The position numbers and the translations under genes were made by a program. From an uncultured Lachnobacterium sp. (lineage in GTDB: Bacteria > Bacillota > Clostridia > Lachnospirales > Lachnospiraceae), in assembly GCA_964394775.1 (NCBI GenBank), contig CAYMYV010000001.1, positions 1 through 41,894 of the forward strand: DNA of 41,894 nucleotides, in the 5' to 3' direction. Each line of letters starts with the position of its first letter. Position 1 is the first letter of the stretch. This document shows, in pieces, positions 17,001 to 26,980 of this stretch. Under the pieces are notes generated by a model. It did not search any database, was not told the DNA's origin, and saw nothing but the letters and a program-made list of their open reading frames with translations.

Positions 17001-17775
17001 ACAGAAAATGTATGACGAGAGACAACGACTCGAAGAACAAATTAAATCTATTGATTTAGAAATTAGTCGACTTCCAAGAAAACATATCATTTGTGCCAAA
17101 AATGGTGCGCATTATAAATGGTATGAAAGTGACGGAAAAACATGTAGCTACATTCCGAAGAAAAAACGTGAGTATGCGGAAAAGCTGGCAAAGAAAAAAT
17201 ACTTAACGCTACTTCGAAATGATCTGATACAAGAAAGAAACGCAATCGACTTTTATCTAAGACATCATGTAAAAATAGGAGGAAAAGCAGAAGAATTATT
17301 GGCTGAAAATGCTGAGTATGCTAACCTGCTTTCCATGTATTTTCGTCCTATTTCACAAGAACTTCTTGAATGGAAGAACTCACCTTATCAGCACAATGAA
17401 TTATATCAAGAAAAATTGATACATAAAACAAGTGCTGGTATATATGTGAGGTCAAAATCAGAAGCACTCATTACAATGTTTTTGAATATGAAAAAGATTC
17501 CATTTCATTATGAGGAGCTCCTTATGCTGGGAGACACTCCTTATTACCCCGATTTTACAATTCGACATCCCAGAACAGGACAAATCTATTATTGGGAGCA
17601 TTTTGGTATGATGGATGTGCCAGAGTATATGAAAAGCACATTTTCGAAAATGCAGACATATACAAATCATGGGATTATTCCAGGGGTCAATCTCATTACT
17701 ACATTTGAAACAAAAGAACATCCATTAGAATTCGAGATGGTAGCAAGGATTGTCGAGTACTACTTTGAGGATTAG
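16990..17775 (+). CDS. Hypothetical protein: N-terminal coiled coil plus C-terminal PD-(D/E)XK / Vsr-DUF559-like nuclease-fold domain
   Basis: Strong GGAGGGG RBS. 'VRSKSEALI...IPFHYE...YYPDFTI...YYWEHFGMMD..EY' is a restriction-endonuclease-like motif set. Confidence 0.7.
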   Translation: MLNAQKMYDERQRLEEQIKSIDLEISRLPRKHIICAKNGAHYKWYESDGKTCSYIPKKKREYAEKLAKKKYLTLLRNDLIQERNAIDFYLRHHVKIGGKAEELLAENAEYANLLSMYFRPISQELLEWKNSPYQHNELYQEKLIHKTSAGIYVRSKSEALITMFLNMKKIPFHYEELLMLGDTPYYPDFTIRHPRTGQIYYWEHFGMMDVPEYMKSTFSKMQTYTNHGIIPGVNLITTFETKEHPLEFEMVARIVEYYFED

Positions 17776-17811
17776 GAAGGATTTTTTGGCAGAATTTTTA
17801 TTGAAAATGCA

Positions 17812-17878
17812 TAAGCTGTGATGGTTTGAATGATATATGATTCAAAAAATGTATTGGAGAGAGGGTTTTCACAGCTTA
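17812..17878. other. Structured trailer / candidate small RNA carrying the right arm of the 15-bp inverted repeat (17850-17864)
   Basis: TAAGCTGTGA/TCACAGCTTA 10-bp outer stem; TTTGAAT/ATTCAAA inner stem; unpaired TGTATTGGAGAGAGG. Confidence 0.45.
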
Positions 17879-17922
17879 AGCTTTGTTATGTACTGATTTT
17901 ATTAATTTTTATTAATTGCTAT

Positions 17923-18076
17923 GGGTAATGGTAAAATAATAATTTGTAGTACCCAAATATTTAGTGAAAATGAGGGTATGTGGCAAAGATTTTTTCCATA
18001 TACCCAAAATGTAATAAAAAGAAATAAATGCAGAAAAAAATGAGGGTATGGAACATGAGTAATTTTGCATATACCC
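17923..18076. repeat. Triple GGGTA-N22/23-TACCC dyad module, copy C (inverted relative to A and B)
   Basis: Dyads 17923-17954 (N22), 17974-18005 (N22), 18044-18076 (N23); linkers 19 and 38 nt. Confidence 0.88.
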
Positions 18077-18091
18077 ACGGCGATAGAAAAA

Positions 18092-18100
18092 TGCTATAAT
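18092..18100 (+). promoter_or_regulatory. Extended -10 element, candidate glpK promoter
   Basis: TGCTATAAT; no -35 box at canonical spacing. Confidence 0.5.
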
Positions 18101-18114
18101 GAAATCACTCAAGT

Positions 18115-19905
<1,791 letters not shown>

Positions 19906-19918
19906 TAAATTCACATAC

Positions 19919-20818
19919 ATGGACAAAAATGTAGTTAAGTACGCTTGGGGAGCGATAACTGACTGCCTCTTTCCGAGGAGATGTCCAATTTGTGATGGTA
20001 TATTAGAGCCAGAGCAGCAGGAAGAAAAAATACATCCGGACTGTCGGAAAAAGCTGTATCCGGTAGAGGGTGCGGTGTGTATGAGGTGTGGGAGACCGTT
20101 AGGAAACGCAACCGGGGAATATTGTCACGATTGTGGACGTAAGCAACTGGCTTACAGGATTCCACAAGGTGCATTGCAAATGCTACAAAGAAGCCCGTCG
20201 CAACACAACCGAAGCACCCCGCCAGCTACTCATAACGACTCGATGCACCAAGACCAATCCCTGTTCCAAGGCCACTCAATGTTCCAAGGCCACTCGATGC
20301 ACCAAGACCAATCCCTGTTCCAAGGCAAAGCCTTGTTCCTGTATCAAGGTGCCATCAAGCAGACGATGTACCGCTTCAAATACAGTAATAAGCGGGAATA
20401 TGCGGATTATTTTGCAAAATATGCAATTGCAAAATATGGACAATGGCTGCAGGAGAAACAGATTGAGGTGATTGTTCCGGTACCGATGTATAGGAAGAAG
20501 GAGCGGGTACGTGGATATAATCAGGCGGAGGCTTTTGCCAAGGCTCTTGCAAAGTACCTGAAGATTCCGGTGGATACGAAATTGATTCGTCGTGTGGTAG
20601 ACACCACTCCACAAAAGGAATTGAATGATGTACAACGCAAAAACAATTTGAAAAGTGCTTTTCAGAAGTGCGAAAATATTGTACAATATAGCCATGTTTT
20701 AGTGGTAGATGACATCTACACTACGGGGAGTACTCTAGAGGCAGTGGCGGAGGAATTAAAAAAGGTTGGTGTCCGGAGGATATATTTCTTAAGTATCTGC
20801 ATTGGAAAAGGGATGTAG
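19919..20818 (+). CDS. comF: ComF family protein (double zinc ribbon + PRTase domain) with an internal repeat insertion; start could be 19895
   Basis: LFPRRCPICD, CMRCG, CHDC, VPVP...RGYNQA, VVDDIYTTGST motifs. Confidence 0.9.
   Translation: MDKNVVKYAWGAITDCLFPRRCPICDGILEPEQQEEKIHPDCRKKLYPVEGAVCMRCGRPLGNATGEYCHDCGRKQLAYRIPQGALQMLQRSPSQHNRSTPPATHNDSMHQDQSLFQGHSMFQGHSMHQDQSLFQGKALFLYQGAIKQTMYRFKYSNKREYADYFAKYAIAKYGQWLQEKQIEVIVPVPMYRKKERVRGYNQAEAFAKALAKYLKIPVDTKLIRRVVDTTPQKELNDVQRKNNLKSAFQKCENIVQYSHVLVVDDIYTTGSTLEAVAEELKKVGVRRIYFLSICIGKGM
20238..20339 (+). repeat. In-frame 18-bp tandem repeat inside comF (5 units plus a partial unit)
   Basis: ACTCGATGCACCAAGACC / AATCCCTGTTCCAAGGCC / ACTCAATGTTCCAAGGCC / ... 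encoding SMHQDQSLFQGH-type repeats. Confidence 0.85.
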
Positions 20819-20829
20819 GAGGTAATTAA

Positions 20830-21228
20830 ATGGAAGTATCAAATTGTAGAGGTTGTGGAAGATTATTTAATGTTATTACCAATACAAGACTGTGCCCACA
20901 GTGTATACAGAAGCTGGAGGACAAGTTTCAGGAGGTAAAGGTGTATCTGGAGGAACATCCAAATTCGCCAATTGATATCGTTTCACAGGACAATGATGTA
21001 TCTGTAAAGCAGATTAGACAGTGGGTACGAGAGGAACGTTTGGCATTTTCAGAGGGCTCAGCAGTCGGAATCGAGTGTGAGGGCTGTGGAAGGCAGATTC
21101 TTACAGGAAGATATTGTGACGAATGTAAGTACAAGGTAGTAAATAATTTGAAAAGTGCTTATGAGACTCCAAAGTCATTCGAGCAGAAGAAAGCGACAAG
21201 CGATCGTGACCGCATGCGTTTTTTATAA
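20830..21228 (+). CDS. YvyF-like flagellar-operon zinc-binding protein
   Basis: NCRGCGRLF...CPQC, 'VKQIRQWVREERL', CEGCG...TGRYCDEC; follows comF. Confidence 0.8.
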   Translation: MEVSNCRGCGRLFNVITNTRLCPQCIQKLEDKFQEVKVYLEEHPNSPIDIVSQDNDVSVKQIRQWVREERLAFSEGSAVGIECEGCGRQILTGRYCDECKYKVVNNLKSAYETPKSFEQKKATSDRDRMRFL

Positions 21229-21243
21229 AACTACATAGATAAT

Positions 21244-21280
21244 ATCAAGGGCTGCGGTAAGCAGCCCTTGATTCAATTTT
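21244..21280 (+). terminator. Probable terminator hairpin
   Basis: ATCAAGGGCTGC-GGTAA-GCAGCCCTTGAT followed by a weak T-tract. Confidence 0.7.
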
Positions 21281-21283
21281 AGG

Positions 21284-21356
21284 GGAAATTGCGTCGTCAG
21301 ACGCATGAAATCCCAAGTTCGCTTCAAAACCTGCAAGCGTCAGAAGGTCACTTTTT
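21284..21356. repeat. 73-bp dispersed element, copy 2
   Basis: 65/73 identical to 2519-2591; hairpins 2 and 3 are disrupted. Confidence 0.85.
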
Positions 21357-21401
21357 AACCATTTCTTAATAAATATAAATATTTTCTTTTAGGATGTAGT
21401 G

Positions 21402-21410
21402 TGCTATAAT
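21402..21410 (+). promoter_or_regulatory. Extended -10 element
   Basis: TGCTATAAT 38 nt upstream of the 21449 start codon. Confidence 0.5.
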
Positions 21411-21448
21411 AGGAGAGAATGTATAACTATGTCTAAAAAGGAGTAGAT

Positions 21449-21853
21449 ATGATTAACGAAGAACGTATTAAGCAATTAAATAAGATTGCCTTATATGATC
21501 AGAATGAAGAGAAGAAGAATCGTCAGATTGGTCAGTATTATAAATCAGATTATGTGGGAAAGGAGCTCATCAAGAGCTTTTTTACCGGAACGCTGGCATT
21601 TGTATGCTTTGCAATCCTATGGCTGTTAGTTTCATGGGATGATGTTCTGGAGAGTATTAATAATCTTGAGATTGTTGACACTGCCCTAAACATGATTGTG
21701 TATTATCTGATTTTTCTGGTGATTTATTTATTTGCTACTTATGTGGTATATAGTACACGCTATGAAGCAGGGAAGAAGAAGCTGAAGCAACATTCAGCAC
21801 ATTTGAAGAGTGCTCATAAGATGTATGAGCGTGAAGAGAAGCTGAAGATGTAG
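21449..21853 (+). CDS. Hypothetical two-TM membrane protein
   Basis: AAGGAG RBS; two hydrophobic segments. Confidence 0.75.
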   Translation: MINEERIKQLNKIALYDQNEEKKNRQIGQYYKSDYVGKELIKSFFTGTLAFVCFAILWLLVSWDDVLESINNLEIVDTALNMIVYYLIFLVIYLFATYVVYSTRYEAGKKKLKQHSAHLKSAHKMYEREEKLKM

Positions 21854-21861
21854 GAGGAATT

Positions 21862-22866
21862 ATGACAAAGATATTTGAAATTAAGGACAAAGTATTTCGT
21901 TTTTGCTCAGAATATGAGACCTATTTGAGATATTTGTATAAATTTATCGTAGCCTTTATTCTGTTTAACATTATCAATAACAGTGTAGGCTTTATGGAGA
22001 AGATTAGTTCGACTCCTATGGCGCTGCTTTTGGCGTTGATTTGCTGCCTTCTTCCACAGAACATGACAATTCTTGTCGCAGCAGTCCTGATATTATTGAA
22101 TCTCTATACGCTTTCCCTGGAAGTGGCACTTGTGGCGCTGGTGATTTTTATATTGCTGTTTTTGCTTTATTTTAGATTTTCCCCACAGGATGGTATGCTG
22201 TTTCTTCTGACACCAATTATGTTCCACTTGGGAATTCCGTACATTCTTCCGATTGGAACAGGCCTTCTTAGAAAAGTGTATTCAGTTAGTGCGGTTGTAT
22301 GCGGCGCGGTAGCATTTTATTTTGTCGATGGGATATATCAGAATGTCTCTACATTAAGCAGCACCGTGGTTGGAGAAGAGGCTTCCGCAACAGCCAAGAT
22401 TAGTGTAGCTATCAGCCAGCTCATTTCAAACAAGGAGATGTTTCTTGTAATTGGTATTTTTACACTTTCTGCAATTATGGTATATATTATCCGCCGTCTT
22501 GCAGTAGATAACGCATGGAAAATCGCCATTATTTCAGGAACCATGGTACAGATTTCCGGTTTGTTTGCAGGATATTTATTATTCAATATTTCTGAAAAAA
22601 CAACTGGTATGATTATTAGTAATATCATTGCTATGATATTAGGCTTTGTAATAGAATTCCTTTTTATGGATGTAGACTATGAGAGAACGGAACGTGTACA
22701 GTTTGAGGACGACGATTACTACTATTACGTAAAAGCAGTACCTAAAAAAATGGTTACTTATTCGGAAAAAACAGTTAAGCATTTTGGGAAAAAAGAGAGC
22801 TTAAAAGAAGACAGCCGCAAGCTGATTGCAGAAGAGTTAGATATTGACGAGGATTTATTAGATTAA
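21862..22866 (+). CDS. Hypothetical polytopic membrane protein
   Basis: AGGAGG RBS; many TM segments; C-terminal 'TERVQFEDDDYYYYVKAVPK'. Confidence 0.8.
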   Translation: MTKIFEIKDKVFRFCSEYETYLRYLYKFIVAFILFNIINNSVGFMEKISSTPMALLLALICCLLPQNMTILVAAVLILLNLYTLSLEVALVALVIFILLFLLYFRFSPQDGMLFLLTPIMFHLGIPYILPIGTGLLRKVYSVSAVVCGAVAFYFVDGIYQNVSTLSSTVVGEEASATAKISVAISQLISNKEMFLVIGIFTLSAIMVYIIRRLAVDNAWKIAIISGTMVQISGLFAGYLLFNISEKTTGMIISNIIAMILGFVIEFLFMDVDYERTERVQFEDDDYYYYVKAVPKKMVTYSEKTVKHFGKKESLKEDSRKLIAEELDIDEDLLD

Positions 22867-22899
22867 TTAACAAAGCTTTAGAGAAAGGAGAGAGAAAGG

Positions 22900-23787
22900 A
22901 TGCGAGACATTATAGAAGTGCTGAATGTATTTCAGGAAAATATATCAAGCGTTCTCAGTATGGCAAACCTTACAATTACGTGGATTGACGTTATTGAGAT
23001 TCTAATTATCTCTTTCCTGTTTTATCATGTTTTGCTGTGGGTAAAATCCACCCGTGCATGGAACCTGTTCAAAGGAATTCTGGTGATTCTGTTGTTTGTA
23101 GCCATTGCTGCATTATTCCAGATGAGCACGATTCTTTGGCTGGCAGAGAATACCCTGAATGTTGGATTGATAGCGGTTGTTATCATTTTTCAGCCGGAGC
23201 TTCGCAAGGTTCTTGAGAATATCGGTGGAAATAATCGTTTTGCAAAAATATTTAATCTTGGTTTAAATAAGCCGGAGATTAAGAAGTTTTCGGATGAGAC
23301 CATTGAAGAATTGATTAAGGCTTCTTTTGCAATGGGCAAGGTGAAGACAGGTGCCCTGATGGTTCTCGAGGACGAGATTCTGTTGAATGAATATATCCGA
23401 ACCGGTATCAAAGTGGAGGCTGTGGTTTCCAGCCAGCTTCTTATTAATATTTTTGAGAAAAACACACCATTGCATGATGGTGCAATTATTCTTCGCGATG
23501 ATAGAATTGTAGCAGCAACATGTTACCTGCCTTTGTCAGACAGTATGAGCCTGAGTAAGGATTTGGGAACCAGACATCGTGCTGCAGTAGGCATCAGTGA
23601 GGTTAGCGATTCCCTGACAATTGCTGTATCGGAAGAAACCGGCAAGGTATCTGTTGCTCACAGAGGTCAGATATATCGCGATGTAACACCGGAATTTTTA
23701 AGAGAAAAATTGCAGCATATGCAGAAACGTAACCAGGAAATGACACGTGTAGATTTATTGAAGAGGAGGTTAAAGAATGAAAAATAA
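22900..23787 (+). CDS. cdaA: Diadenylate cyclase CdaA
   Basis: Three TM segments; FQPELR, NTPLHDGA, LGTRHRAA motifs. Confidence 0.96.
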   Translation: MRDIIEVLNVFQENISSVLSMANLTITWIDVIEILIISFLFYHVLLWVKSTRAWNLFKGILVILLFVAIAALFQMSTILWLAENTLNVGLIAVVIIFQPELRKVLENIGGNNRFAKIFNLGLNKPEIKKFSDETIEELIKASFAMGKVKTGALMVLEDEILLNEYIRTGIKVEAVVSSQLLINIFEKNTPLHDGAIILRDDRIVAATCYLPLSDSMSLSKDLGTRHRAAVGISEVSDSLTIAVSEETGKVSVAHRGQIYRDVTPEFLREKLQHMQKRNQEMTRVDLLKRRLKNEK

Positions 23788-25237
23788 TGTTCTGAAGACC
23801 TTATCCAATAACTTACCATTCAAAATATTGGCAGTATTGGCTGCATTTACCTTGTGGCTTGTTGTGTATAACATGGAGGACCCAACGAAGACAGATACCA
23901 TGTCCTTACAGGTGTCCGTTATTAACAAGGAATCCGTAGATAGCCTAAATAAATACTTCGAGGTCGTAGACGGAAGTAAGGTTACATTTTCCATAACTGC
24001 ACCACGAAGCGTTCTGGATAAGCTGGATGAAACAGACTTCTCTGCTGTGGCAGATATGGAGTATCTTACCATCAGCGAAAATGGGGAAAGCGGTAGTGTA
24101 CCAATTGATATTCGTTGTACGGCCAGCAATATGGCAGATTTGGTAAAGCTTAGTACCACAACCAAAACACTTCGAGTAAAGCTGGAAGATTTGATGAGCA
24201 AGCAGTTTGTAATAACAGCGAATACAGTTGGGACTGTGGCGGAAGGTCACGCACTTGGAACAGTGGGGGTAACGACACCTAACGTCATTAAAATATCCGG
24301 TCCGGAATCAATTGTATCAACTGTCGCATCAGTGGTTGCAATCATTGATGTAGAGGATATGTCTGTTAATGTAACAGACAACGTAGTTCCAATACTTTAT
24401 AACAGCGAAGGAAATGAAATTGACACAACACGCTTGACATTAAGCAATACAACTGTTAATGTATCAGCTAATATTTTAAAAATCAAAGAAGTACCAATTT
24501 CATTAAAACCATCCGGCAGTGCACAGACAGGATATGTGGTGACATCCATTATTAGTGACCCAACCACCATTTTCCTAAAGGGAACGTCCGCAGTGCTTAA
24601 TACCATTAGTGCGATTGAGATTCCTTCGGAGGTGGTTAGTGTAGAAGGTGCGACCAGCGATGTGCGTGCATCGATTGATATTACAGAATATCTTCCATAT
24701 GGAGTTGAGCTGCTGGATAAAAATGATGAAATGGTAAACATCACTGTAGGAATCGCAAAAATCCGTGACAAGGTATATAGCGTTGCAACAGATAATATTA
24801 TTGTAACAGGGCTTCCGACAGATACAGCATTTAAGTTTGTATACTCAAGTGTAGCAGTAACGATTTCCGGCTTGGAAGAGGACATTTCCCTCTTAAATGG
24901 AATGACCATCAGCGGAAGTATTGACGTGGAAGGCCTTGGAGAAGGACGCCATCAGGTACCTCTGGTATTGGATGTTGATGGTACAAAATTCACCTACTCT
25001 AGTGTGAGTGTTGCTGTAATCATTGGGGATACTCCAATCATCTGGCCGGGAACAGAAGACCCGGGAACAGAGGATCCGGGAACAGAGGACCCGGGAACAG
25101 AGGATCCTGGAACGGAGAATCCGGATAACACAGAGAGCTCCGGAAATACAGAGAGCTCTGGAAATGCAGAGAATTCTGGAAATTCAGAAGACTCTGGAAA
25201 TACAAGTGATTCGGAGGGGACAGTTTCCCCTTCATGA
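23777..25237 (+). CDS. cdaR: CdaR/YbbR-domain regulator with an acidic repeat tail
   Basis: N-terminal TM 'KILAVLAAFTLWLVV' and YbbR-like repeats; lies between cdaA and glmM. Confidence 0.88.
   Translation: MKNNVLKTLSNNLPFKILAVLAAFTLWLVVYNMEDPTKTDTMSLQVSVINKESVDSLNKYFEVVDGSKVTFSITAPRSVLDKLDETDFSAVADMEYLTISENGESGSVPIDIRCTASNMADLVKLSTTTKTLRVKLEDLMSKQFVITANTVGTVAEGHALGTVGVTTPNVIKISGPESIVSTVASVVAIIDVEDMSVNVTDNVVPILYNSEGNEIDTTRLTLSNTTVNVSANILKIKEVPISLKPSGSAQTGYVVTSIISDPTTIFLKGTSAVLNTISAIEIPSEVVSVEGATSDVRASIDITEYLPYGVELLDKNDEMVNITVGIAKIRDKVYSVATDNIIVTGLPTDTAFKFVYSSVAVTISGLEEDISLLNGMTISGSIDVEGLGEGRHQVPLVLDVDGTKFTYSSVSVAVIIGDTPIIWPGTEDPGTEDPGTEDPGTEDPGTENPDNTESSGNTESSGNAENSGNSEDSGNTSDSEGTVSPS
25046..25201 (+). 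repeat. Coding tandem repeats: 5 x 15 bp (PGTED) then 4 x 18 bp (TESSGN-like)
   Basis: CCGGGAACAGARGAY at 25046-25120; ACAGAGAGCTCYGGAAAT-like at 25130-25201. Confidence 0.9.
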
Positions 25238-25276
25238 TAGAATAAAATTTATATTTGCATACGAGGAGATATATTT

Positions 25277-26626
25277 ATGGCAAGATTATTTGGAACAGAT
25301 GGTGTACGCGGCGTAGCCGGAACTGAACTTACAATTGAATTGGCAATGAAGCTGGGTCAGGCAGGTGCATACGTGCTTACCAAGGAGAAATCTCATCAGC
25401 CTACTATTATTGTGGGCTGCGATACACGTATTTCCGGTGGAATGCTGGCTAACGCATTGATGGCTGGTATTTGCTCAGTAGGAGCGAATGCAGTATATGT
25501 TGGTGTTGTTCCAACACCGGCAGTAGCCTATTTGACCAGACTTCACAAGGTTGATGCAGGCGTAGTAATCTCTGCATCCCATAATCCTATGGAATTTAAT
25601 GGTATCAAGTTCTTTAATGGAGAAGGATATAAATTATCCGATGAATTAGAGGATGAGATTCAGGCTTTGATTGAAAATGATATGGACGATGTGACGTTCC
25701 CAATCGGCTCAGGAATCGGTCGAATTGATTATCGTTTTGATATTCGTGATGAATACGTGGAATTTGAAAAGAAAACAGTTCCTGTGAATTTGCAGGGAAT
25801 GAAAATCGTTATCGACTGTGCAGAAGGTGCTAACCACTACACAGCTGTGAAAACCCTAACGGATTTAGGCGCAGACCTTATTGCGATTCATACAGAACCG
25901 GATGGCACCAATATCAATGCCAACTGTGGCTCTACCCATATGGAAGAGCTGATGGCAAGAGTTGTCGCTGAAAAAGCAAATATTGGTATTGCCTTTGACG
26001 GAGATGCGGACCGTATGTTGGCAGTAGATGAGCATGGCGAGCTGGTAGATGGTGACCAGATTATGGCCATCTGTGCGAACTATATGAAGGAAAAAGGAAC
26101 ACTAAAACAGGACACTCTTGTAGTAACCGTCATGAGTAATCTGGGACTTACCCTTATGGCAAAAGAGCATGGTATCAAGCTAGAAAGCACCAAGGTTGGT
26201 GACAGATACGTGCTTGAGAATATGTTAGAAAACGGATACAACATCGGTGGAGAACAGTCCGGACATATTATTTTCTTAGATGACAATACAACGGGTGATG
26301 GTTTACTTAGTGCGCTTCGTCTCTTAGAGGTTATGGTAGAGACGGGAAAATCGTTGTCGGAGCTTGCAGCCATTATGGAAGTGCTTCCACAGGCATTAGT
26401 AAATGCCAAGGTGCCAAATCATAAGAAAAACAGCTATATGGAATATCCAGCAGTTGCAAAAGCCATTGAGGAATTGGAAGCAAAATTTGCCGGAGAAGGA
26501 AGAGTGCTCATTCGTCCGTCCGGAACAGAGCCATTGGTTCGTGTTATGATTGAAGGAAAAGACCAGAAAGTGATTGATGAAGAAGCGCATAAGCTTGCAG
26601 ACTTAATCATGAAGGTCGTTTTATAA
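25277..26626 (+). CDS. glmM: Phosphoglucosamine mutase
   Basis: FGTDGVRG, ISASHNP, DGDADR, GGEQSGH, RPSGTEPLVRVM motifs. Confidence 0.97.
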   Translation: MARLFGTDGVRGVAGTELTIELAMKLGQAGAYVLTKEKSHQPTIIVGCDTRISGGMLANALMAGICSVGANAVYVGVVPTPAVAYLTRLHKVDAGVVISASHNPMEFNGIKFFNGEGYKLSDELEDEIQALIENDMDDVTFPIGSGIGRIDYRFDIRDEYVEFEKKTVPVNLQGMKIVIDCAEGANHYTAVKTLTDLGADLIAIHTEPDGTNINANCGSTHMEELMARVVAEKANIGIAFDGDADRMLAVDEHGELVDGDQIMAICANYMKEKGTLKQDTLVVTVMSNLGLTLMAKEHGIKLESTKVGDRYVLENMLENGYNIGGEQSGHIIFLDDNTTGDGLLSALRLLEVMVETGKSLSELAAIMEVLPQALVNAKVPNHKKNSYMEYPAVAKAIEELEAKFAGEGRVLIRPSGTEPLVRVMIEGKDQKVIDEEAHKLADLIMKVVL

Positions 26627-26650
26627 AGGGTTTTAGAGGGGGAAATAATT

Positions 26651-26917
26651 GTGGTATCACAATTGGTAAAGATTACAAATCCAACAGGGCTGCATTTGCG
26701 CCCTGCCGGAAATTTTTGTAGAGAAGCTGTGAAATTTAAATGTAGTATAACATTTGAATATGATAAGAATAATACAGCTAATGCAAAGAGTGTATTGAGC
26801 GTGCTAGGAGCATGCATAAAAACAGGAGATGAAATCAAGCTTATATGTGACGGAGAGGATGAAGAAGTGGCACTGTCACATCTTATAGCGTTTATAGAAG
26901 CTGGGTTAGAAGCATAG
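26651..26917 (+). CDS. ptsH: HPr-family phosphocarrier protein
   Basis: GLHLRPA (His15) and NAKS (Ser46 region); GTG start after GAGGGGG. Confidence 0.85.
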   Translation: MVSQLVKITNPTGLHLRPAGNFCREAVKFKCSITFEYDKNNTANAKSVLSVLGACIKTGDEIKLICDGEDEEVALSHLIAFIEAGLEA

Positions 26918-26980
26918 AAGGCGGTCGTCTATCAATCCAGGTTAAGGAAATGAAAAAGTGATTGTAAGGAGATTTTTGGA

